Positions 44,711 through 51,052 of a stretch of DNA of 64,000 nt are shown here, one piece after another. The notes below the pieces were generated by a model that saw only the letters and a list, made by a program, of their open reading frames with translations, was not told the origin of the DNA and did no database searches. Within the stretch, counting starts at the first letter, position 1; the number at the start of each line of letters is the position of its first letter. The DNA is from Chloroflexota bacterium (GTDB lineage: Bacteria > Chloroflexota > Anaerolineae > Anaerolineales > VGOW01), in assembly GCA_016213135.1 (NCBI GenBank), contig JACRBQ010000028.1, positions 71,284 through 135,283 on the forward strand, read 5' to 3'. Position numbers and translations under genes: made by a program.

Positions 44711-44887
44711 GAGGTGGCAGGGGATGAAAACCAGACATGGTGATGGTATTGAGGCACTCTCAGAAGAAATGGAGAGCAACGGGTCTGCCACACCTAAATT
44801 CAGGCGTCATCCCTTGACCCTACCAGCCGATGGGCGGAGGTTGCCGCTATGAACACAGGCTTTTTCTGAATGAAAGGAGAACCCAAA

Positions 44888-45328
44888 ATGATAAAGTATC
44901 GTAGTGAGATAGCTATCAATCGGCCAGTGGACCAAGTCTTTCGTTTCGTAACCGATGTCCAGAAGTATTCGCAATGGACGGATATGGGCGAGACCAGGCT
45001 CGTTTCCGATGGCCCGCTCGGAGTCGGATCGAAAATGCAAACAGTTATAAAAATGGGCCCTTTGAAAGTGAACATGACTTTTGAAGTAACTGAATACGAA
45101 GTAAACCGAAGGATGTCATTCATTGGTACATCCGCAGGGCCTCTGGAATGGGATGCTACTTTCACTGTCGAGCCCAAAGATGCGTCCACTACGCATATGA
45201 CTAGCTCTGGCGAATTGCGTCTGAAAGGGCTGTGGAGATTGGCCGAGCCGCTCATGGCGGGGGAGGTGAAGAGCGGAGAAGCCAAGGAGCTGGAGAGGCT
45301 AAAGAACCTTCTTGAGACCACTGCATAG
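44888..45328 (+). CDS. SRPBCC (START/polyketide-cyclase-like) family protein
   Basis: Start at ATG 44888, after AAAGGAGA (MIKYRSEIAINRPVDQVFRFVTDVQKYSQW...). GC content is visibly lower than the neighbours. Confidence 0.75.
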   Translation: MIKYRSEIAINRPVDQVFRFVTDVQKYSQWTDMGETRLVSDGPLGVGSKMQTVIKMGPLKVNMTFEVTEYEVNRRMSFIGTSAGPLEWDATFTVEPKDASTTHMTSSGELRLKGLWRLAEPLMAGEVKSGEAKELERLKNLLETTA

Positions 45329-45389
45329 AGCCTGCGTTGTGAGGGGACAAATAGCCGCGCATGCCAAAGCGGCGATCTAAGGAGTTCCT

Positions 45390-46220
45390 ATGCCAAACCC
45401 GCTCCCGCCCAAAGATCCCTATCTGAGATACCTAAAAGTCAACTCGGCAGATGAACTGTGGCAAAAGGTCCTCACCGAGGGCGAACCCATAGATAAGCAC
45501 CTGCATCACCTTTTTGGCCTGCTCCCCTCTAATCCGCGGTGCAAGTATTGTCATGGCCCCTTCACTGGCATTGGCGGCGCGTTCATGCGCTTTCTCGGCG
45601 TTCGCCAATCGGCCAAGAATCCTAAATTTTGTAATGCTTGCGATCTCTTCACTGGTAAGTATCGGGGCGGCGCAGAGGTAGAGCTGACGATGCTGTTCGT
45701 GGATGTGCGCGGCTCGACCACGCTGGCCGAGAAAATGAACGCCACCGAGTTCAGCCACTTGATGAATCGCTTCTATGACGCCGCGATAAATGTCCTCGTG
45801 CATGCCGATGCTTTTATTGATAAACTGGTTGGGGATGAGGTCACGGCCCTGTTCATTCCCGGCTTCGCGGGCAAGGCGCATGCCCGCCGGGCGGTGGACG
45901 CCGGACAGGCCTTGTTGCGGGTCACGGGTTATGGGGAGCCGGGTGGTCCCTGGGTCCCGATCGGAGTCGGGGTCCACACCGGCTCGGCCTACGTCGGTTC
46001 TATTGTTGGCGCAAGCGGAGCCTCCTCCGATTTCACCGCGCTGGGCGACAACGTGAACATAACCGCGCGTCTGGCTTCCAAAGCCGGCTCGGGCGAAGTC
46101 CTAATCAGCGACGCCACGTGCAATGCGGCGCGGATAGAAACTGGGGGATTGGAAAAGCGTGAACTGGAACTAAAGGGCAAAAGTGAGCCGGTGAGCGTGA
46201 GAGTATTGCATGCAGGATGA
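45390..46220 (+). CDS. Class III adenylate/guanylate cyclase with an N-terminal Cys-rich (zinc-ribbon-like) segment
   Basis: 276 aa; CKYCHGP...CNAC, then the cyclase core (LTMLFVDVRGSTTLAE, KLVGDEVTALF, LGDNVNITARLAS). Confidence 0.85.
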   Translation: MPNPLPPKDPYLRYLKVNSADELWQKVLTEGEPIDKHLHHLFGLLPSNPRCKYCHGPFTGIGGAFMRFLGVRQSAKNPKFCNACDLFTGKYRGGAEVELTMLFVDVRGSTTLAEKMNATEFSHLMNRFYDAAINVLVHADAFIDKLVGDEVTALFIPGFAGKAHARRAVDAGQALLRVTGYGEPGGPWVPIGVGVHTGSAYVGSIVGASGASSDFTALGDNVNITARLASKAGSGEVLISDATCNAARIETGGLEKRELELKGKSEPVSVRVLHAG

Positions 46221-46427
46221 CTTACGTGAGCGAAGCGTTCATATCGAACCGCCGCCCAACAACAGGTTCCAGCCGACGTTGCTCCGCCGCGCTCCGACGA
46301 GCGGCTGAACCCGACCGCTATTTTTCATTGGCTGTACGAAGTGGGACATCAGCAGGGTGCTCCGTAGTTCGAAGGCGTATTCACGATAAACTTGTGTACG
46401 TACGAAATGGACGAGGAGGGGACTCCA

Positions 46428-47924
46428 ATGACTTCCAATACCATTTTCCTCATCAACTTCCGCAACCACCGCGATATGTATCCGCCGTTTGGGATCATGT
46501 ACGTGGCCGACGCGCTGGAGCAGGCGGGATTCGGTGTGAGAATCTTCCACGAGACCGAGGAGTTCGTGGGCGACTTTGTGCGGCAAGTGGCCGACGAGCG
46601 CCCGTTGTTCGTGGGCTTCAGCACTATCACCGGGCCGCAACTCAAACCCACCATTGAGGCCTCGCGACGGGTGCACGCGCTGGGCGTGCCGGTGGTGTGG
46701 GGCGGGGTGCACGCCACCATCATGCCGCTCGAAGTGCTCAAAGAAGATTACGTGGATTTTGTCGTGGTGAACGAAGGCGAAGAGACGACGCAAGAGCTGG
46801 CGGGGATGCTGTCGGGCAAGCAGTTGCCGTTCTGGGCCGGGGTGACCGGGCTGGCGTACAAAGACGAACAGGGCGTCCCCAGCTTTGGGGCCGAGCGGCC
46901 CTTCATTCAAGACCTCGACCGCTTTCGCCCGCGCTGGGACAAGATTCCCGTGGAACGCTATCTCATCCCCAGCGGCCCGTACACCCGCGCCATCCCCGTT
47001 TACATCTCGCGCGGCTGCCCCTTCCGCTGCGGCTTCTGCTACAACGAGGTCGTGATGAAGCGCACGTGGCGGCAGCACTCGGATCAGTTCATCCTCGATC
47101 AGCTTCAGTGGCTCAAAGACAACTACCGCATTGACGCCGTGGATTACGCCGACGACTATCTCTTTGGCCGCATCAAGCCCATGCAGCGGCTGGTGGAAAA
47201 AGTGGGCATGCCGTGGAGCGGGCAGGTGCGGGTGCAGTTGCTCTCGCCGGAGTTCGTGCAGTGGATGAGCGATACCGGCTGCCAGTGGGTGAACATCGGG
47301 GCCGAGTCCGGCTCGCAGGCCGTGCTCGATAACATGCACAAAGATCAGAAAGCGTGGCAGATCGAGTGGGGCGTGCGCAACCTCACGCAGGGCGCGCCGC
47401 ACATCGAAGCCAACCTGTCGTTCATCATCGGCCTGCCCGGCGAAAAAGGCGAAGACACCAAAGTGACTCTCGACCTCATCGAGACGCTGTGCGACATCAG
47501 CCCCAAGGCCCGCTGCTCGGTGTGCGTGTACATGCCCTATCCCGGCACGCCGCTGTGGCCGCAGGCGCTGGCGCAGGGCTACGTGCCGCCGGATAATCAG
47601 GAGGGCTGGTGCCACCTCGATCTCAATCGCGGCAACACGCCGTGGATGGACGACGGCGAAGCGCAAGTGATGAGCGACATCAACGACATCCTGTTTGTGG
47701 GCCGCTCGACCGGCCACTGGATTTTGCAGCCCTACTATGCCCTGCTGCGCTGGCGCTGGCGTAATCGCTACTTCCGGCATTACTGGGAGGGCGCGCTCAA
47801 AAAGGCCGTCGCCAATTCGCCGTTGCGCCGGGTGCTGGCCTGGCTCATCGAGCGGCTGGTGCGGTTCAACCCCATCACCCACAAAGGCCCGGCGGCTGAG
47901 GCGGGCGGGTTGGCCGGCGATTAA
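46428..47924 (+). CDS. B12-binding-domain radical SAM protein
   Basis: Start at ATG 46428, after GAGGAGGGG (MTSNTIFLINF...). N-terminal B12-binding-like Rossmann region; CxxxCxxC motif (RGCPFRCGFCYN). Confidence 0.85.
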   Translation: MTSNTIFLINFRNHRDMYPPFGIMYVADALEQAGFGVRIFHETEEFVGDFVRQVADERPLFVGFSTITGPQLKPTIEASRRVHALGVPVVWGGVHATIMPLEVLKEDYVDFVVVNEGEETTQELAGMLSGKQLPFWAGVTGLAYKDEQGVPSFGAERPFIQDLDRFRPRWDKIPVERYLIPSGPYTRAIPVYISRGCPFRCGFCYNEVVMKRTWRQHSDQFILDQLQWLKDNYRIDAVDYADDYLFGRIKPMQRLVEKVGMPWSGQVRVQLLSPEFVQWMSDTGCQWVNIGAESGSQAVLDNMHKDQKAWQIEWGVRNLTQGAPHIEANLSFIIGLPGEKGEDTKVTLDLIETLCDISPKARCSVCVYMPYPGTPLWPQALAQGYVPPDNQEGWCHLDLNRGNTPWMDDGEAQVMSDINDILFVGRSTGHWILQPYYALLRWRWRNRYFRHYWEGALKKAVANSPLRRVLAWLIERLVRFNPITHKGPAAEAGGLAGD

Positions 47925-47936
47925 ACTCGGAGACCC

Positions 47937-48803
47937 ATGCTTGCACTCTCAGGGGGATCGAAGTCGAAACCCATCGGGCAGGTGACCCGCGGCAAAACCG
48001 CGCCCAACCGTTTGCGCCAGACGGACGTGTATCTGGCGGTGGCCCATGCGGCGCAGGTGCGCGGGGCCACGGGCGTTTGCGTGGATTTGGGCTACGGCGC
48101 GTACCCCGTCACCACGGTGGAAACGTTGCACCGCCTGCGGCGGCTCAACCCCGGCCTCCGCGTGGTGGGGGTGGAAATTGATCGCCAGCGGGTAACCGAT
48201 GCCGAACCGTACGCCGAACCGGGGCTGGAGTTTCGCTTCGGCGGCTTTAATTTGCCGCTGCTCCCCGGCGAGCGTGTGAGCTTCATTCGCGCCTTCAACG
48301 TGCTGCGGCAGTACGACGAGTCGGCGGTGGCCGAGGCGCTGGCCGCGCTGGCCGGGCCACTGACCGAGGGCGGGCTGATTATCGAAGGCACGTGCGACCC
48401 GCCGGGACGTTTGCTGACCTTCAATCTGTTTCTCAAACAGGGCGGGGCGCTGAGCCGCACGGGGTTTGTGCTGGCCCCGCGCCTCTCCGGCCTCAGCGTC
48501 GATTTTGACCCTCGCGAGTTTCGCGCCGTGCTGCCGAAAAACTTCATCCATCACGCCGAGCCGGGCGGGGCGGTTGATTGCTTTTTTGCCGCGTGGCACG
48601 CCTCGTGGCAGGCAGCCCGCGCCCTCGCCCCCGACGCGCGCGGCGTCTTTATGCAGGCGGCCCTGCGACTGGCCGATGGCTACGGCTACTCGCTGGATCG
48701 CCGCCCGGCGCTGTTGCGACGCGGGTTCCTATGCCTGGGTGCGCATGTCCTCGCCAGCCTTTCGGGGATCGTGCTCACTTCCGGCCCTAACCGTAGCCGG
48801 TAG
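47937..48803 (+). CDS. Class I SAM-dependent methyltransferase-like protein
   Basis: 288 aa; motif I-like VCVDLGYGAYP and VVGVEID. The last ~118 nt overlap the 3' end of the convergent HprK-like gene. Confidence 0.6.
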   Translation: MLALSGGSKSKPIGQVTRGKTAPNRLRQTDVYLAVAHAAQVRGATGVCVDLGYGAYPVTTVETLHRLRRLNPGLRVVGVEIDRQRVTDAEPYAEPGLEFRFGGFNLPLLPGERVSFIRAFNVLRQYDESAVAEALAALAGPLTEGGLIIEGTCDPPGRLLTFNLFLKQGGALSRTGFVLAPRLSGLSVDFDPREFRAVLPKNFIHHAEPGGAVDCFFAAWHASWQAARALAPDARGVFMQAALRLADGYGYSLDRRPALLRRGFLCLGAHVLASLSGIVLTSGPNRSR

Positions 48804-49699
48804 GCCGGGGCGGATTGCACCAGCGCATTGAGTGCGGCCAGGTGCGCCGGGATCATCGCTCGATCCCACTGCTCGATGGCATGCGGCAGGATGAGTCGCA
48901 AAGCCTCGGGCTGGCTCACCGGCTCGAGGGCATGATCCATGCGCCCTTCGATTTGCGGAAACACAATGGCAGCGGCGGGGGCGCGATCCCGCCACACGTC
49001 CGGCCACAGTCGCTCGGCGGTCACGGTGATCTTTTTTCGCTCGCCGGTTGCCAGTGCGGCAGTCGTTTCAAACCGGGCCAGCGTGTCGGGATACGCGGCC
49101 AGCAGGCCCGGGTAGCTCAGCACCTCCGCCGCGGCGGTGATGATGGGCGAATCGTTCGAGAGCAGTTTCCACCCGGCGTTGAGCAGCGCCATGCCGGTGG
49201 TCGTCTTGCCCGCGCCGATGTGCCCGACGATCAACACCGCTCCCCCTCCCCCATTCCGGTGATGTTCCGGAATGGGGGAGGGGCGGGGTGGGGGCGAGGC
49301 CGCAAAGGCGTGCAGCAAAAACATCCCGCGCCGGCGCAGGTGCGGCGACAGGCCGATGGCAATGAGGTCTTCAAACACGCCGTAGGTGTCGAGCGCGGCG
49401 GAAGTCAGTTGCCCCTCGGTGTGGCCATGGGCGCAGTCCAGCCGCAGTTGCCCGAAGCGCGGGAAGTGCGCGGTGACGCGGGCACCGTCGAGAAAGTATT
49501 GGAGCAAGTCGCCCTGCCGGAACTGCGGCTCGCGGGGCGGGGGCGGGGGAACGTGATCGGTGAGGGACAAGTGAAACGTGATCGTCGGCGGCTTGCCGTC
49601 CGCCTGCGGGCGCGAGGCAAACGATTCCACCCATCGCTCGCCGATGGCCGCCTCGTCCCACTGCCCCTCGACGACCACGCCGTGGAGGTCCCATAACAT
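48686..49699 (-). CDS. HPr-kinase-related P-loop kinase, copy 1 (HprK-related kinase of RiPP-like clusters)
   Basis: Probable start at MLWDLHGVVV... (49699); the longer track start at 49762 would overlap the PqqD gene. Core LLHAFAAS...AVLIVGHIGAGKTTTGMALLNAGWKLLSNDSPII resembles the HprK C-terminal domain. Confidence 0.75.
   Translation of the reverse strand: MLWDLHGVVVEGQWDEAAIGERWVESFASRPQADGKPPTITFHLSLTDHVPPPPPREPQFRQGDLLQYFLDGARVTAHFPRFGQLRLDCAHGHTEGQLTSAALDTYGVFEDLIAIGLSPHLRRRGMFLLHAFAASPPPRPSPIPEHHRNGGGGAVLIVGHIGAGKTTTGMALLNAGWKLLSNDSPIITAAAEVLSYPGLLAAYPDTLARFETTAALATGERKKITVTAERLWPDVWRDRAPAAAIVFPQIEGRMDHALEPVSQPEALRLILPHAIEQWDRAMIPAHLAALNALVQSAPAYRLRLGPEVSTIPERLARTCAPRHRNPRRNSAGRRSSE
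49242..49283. repeat. 17-bp perfect palindrome inserted in-frame in the HprK-like gene
   Basis: CCCCTCCCCCATTCCGG (49243-49259), 7-nt loop, CCGGAATGGGGGAGGGG (49267-49283). It encodes ...PPPRPSPIPEHHRNGGGG... just upstream of the P-loop. Confidence 0.85.
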
Positions 49700-49734
49700 G
49701 GCCGCGAGTATATCACGCAGAGAGTCTTCAAAAA

Positions 49735-50034
49735 ATGGCCGTACCGAAATCTGAGGACACATTGGACGCCGAGACCGTACTCCGCCGCTCGCCCCAGAGC
49801 ACCTTTCAAGTCGTGGCCGACGAGGCCATTCTCATCCACCTTGGCACCGGCACGTACTTTTCGCTCAACCGTGTGGGCACGGAATTTTGGCAGATGCTCG
49901 ACGGCCAAGGCACCATCGGCGGACATGCCGAAACCCTCGCCCAAAAATACAGTGTGGACGTTTCGATTGTCACCGCGGACTTGCTGGAGTTGGCCGGAAA
50001 GATGGCCGCGGACAAACTTGTCGATGAACTCTGA
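49735..50034 (+). CDS. PqqD-family RiPP recognition element protein (lasso B1-like)
   Basis: 99 aa; VVADEAILIHLGTGTYFSLNRVGTEFWQMLDGQGTIGGHAETLAQKYSVDVSIVTADLLELAGKM matches the PqqD/RRE pattern. Confidence 0.85.
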   Translation: MAVPKSEDTLDAETVLRRSPQSTFQVVADEAILIHLGTGTYFSLNRVGTEFWQMLDGQGTIGGHAETLAQKYSVDVSIVTADLLELAGKMAADKLVDEL

Positions 50035-50509
50035 AGCTCCCCCATCGGCCGGGCGCGCCCGCCACTGGGCGTTGGCTCTCTCCCTCGCGCCGGGCCTGGC
50101 CCTCAGCCCGCGCCGCCGCGCGCTGTTGCGCGACATGCGCGCCTTTTGCCGCGCCCTGCCGCACGCCCTCGTGAACCCGCTGCCGGAAGCCATGCACAAC
50201 ATCACCCCCGCCGCGCCCGCGCCCGCCGACCTCGATCTCATCCGCAACCTGGCCGACCTCGCCGCGCTGCTGGAGCGCCGCTCGCCGCTGGGATTGTGCC
50301 TGCGGCGCTCGCTCACCCGTTATCACTTTTTGCGCCGCGCCGGGCTGCCTGTGGCCGTGCAGTTCGGGGCGCGGTTCGTCGGCGGCCGGCCCGACCGCGA
50401 CATCACCGGCCATGCCTGGCTCACGTTGCGCGACGCGCCCTACCACGAGTCCGGCGAGGACTGGCAGGGCTTTGCGATCATGTATTCCTATCCACCCACG
50501 GAGGCTTGA
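50024..50509 (+). CDS. Lasso-peptide B2-type transglutaminase-like cysteine protease
   Basis: ATG 50024 overlaps the PqqD stop. GLCLRRSLTRYHFLRRAGLPVAVQFG...ITGHAWLTL gives the Cys and His of the B2 catalytic set. Confidence 0.8.
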   Translation: MNSEAPPSAGRARHWALALSLAPGLALSPRRRALLRDMRAFCRALPHALVNPLPEAMHNITPAAPAPADLDLIRNLADLAALLERRSPLGLCLRRSLTRYHFLRRAGLPVAVQFGARFVGGRPDRDITGHAWLTLRDAPYHESGEDWQGFAIMYSYPPTEA

Positions 50510-50511
50510 AG

Positions 50512-51051
50512 ATGATGAACAGACTCATTGCGATCGCGCTCGCTGCGATTCTACTCCTGACCGCCTGTGGCGCGCCTACCCCGCCGCCACCCACTGTGTT
50601 CCCCACCCTGCCGCCGCCCGCAGCCGCGACTGTTCAACCGCCCACCGCCCCGGTGCCGCCGCCCACCCGCACAGCCGCCCCGGCCACTGCCGTGGTGGAG
50701 ACTCCGTACGAAGTCGCCACTGCCGCCCCTACCGTGGCGTCCCCGACCACCGCGCCGCCCACCGCCTCCGTCGTATACATGACGCTTCAGGATTTTGTCA
50801 TCGTGCCGGACACCCTCACTGTCCCCGTCGGCGCCAAAGTGATCTTTTTGATCAAGAGCGCCCCGGGCGGCTTTCATCAACCATATTCCTCCTTCCCCGA
50901 CAACTTCAATGAGTCCGGACTGTTCTCTGCGCCGAGCGGCCTCGGCGACGGAACGAGCTACGCCTACACGTTCACCACAGCCGGCACGTACACCGTGCGC
51001 TGCGGCTATCACCCCGCCGCGATGGTCGCCACCATCACCGTGACCCCGTAG
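50512..51051 (+). CDS. Cupredoxin lipoprotein with a Pro/Thr/Ala-rich linker, embedded in the RiPP-like operon
   Basis: MMNRLIAIALAAILLLTACG (lipobox), PT-rich linker, cupredoxin core ending YTVRCGYHPAAMVATITVTP (C-x2-H-x3-M). Starts 3 nt after the B2 stop; its stop lies 2 nt before the AsnB ATG. Confidence 0.75.
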   Translation: MMNRLIAIALAAILLLTACGAPTPPPPTVFPTLPPPAAATVQPPTAPVPPPTRTAAPATAVVETPYEVATAAPTVASPTTAPPTASVVYMTLQDFVIVPDTLTVPVGAKVIFLIKSAPGGFHQPYSSFPDNFNESGLFSAPSGLGDGTSYAYTFTTAGTYTVRCGYHPAAMVATITVTP

Positions 51052-51052
51052 C

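Larger units (their letters stand above)
44386..44760 (+). mobile_element. 5'-truncated group II intron remnant (C-terminal maturase fragment plus domain V and probable domain VI)
   Basis: The reading frame opens after stops, with ...TEVIKFLNRVIRGWRNYFRSG... (maturase domain X-type RGWxNYF motif). Domain V lies 25 nt after the ORF stop. No RT domains upstream. The 3' boundary is approximate. Confidence 0.7.

Noticed and set aside
46262-46335. Imperfect inverted repeat (GGTTCCAGCCG ... CGGCTGAACC) followed by ctattttt after the cyclase gene, and a GGTTCGAT-like T-loop motif on the opposite strand; considered as a terminator, tRNA fragment or cobalamin riboswitch for the downstream B12-rSAM gene
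   Set aside because: The stem is bulged and has a 26-nt loop, and the T-run is 10 nt away. No acceptor or anticodon arms can be drawn, and I could not find a B12-box-like sequence. The evidence is too weak for a feature call.
46239-47882. 547-aa minus-strand ORF
   Set aside because: It is antisense to the B12-radical SAM gene, which has clear motifs. The product is Arg/His/Ala-rich with no recognisable domain, so it is a shadow ORF of a high-GC3 gene.
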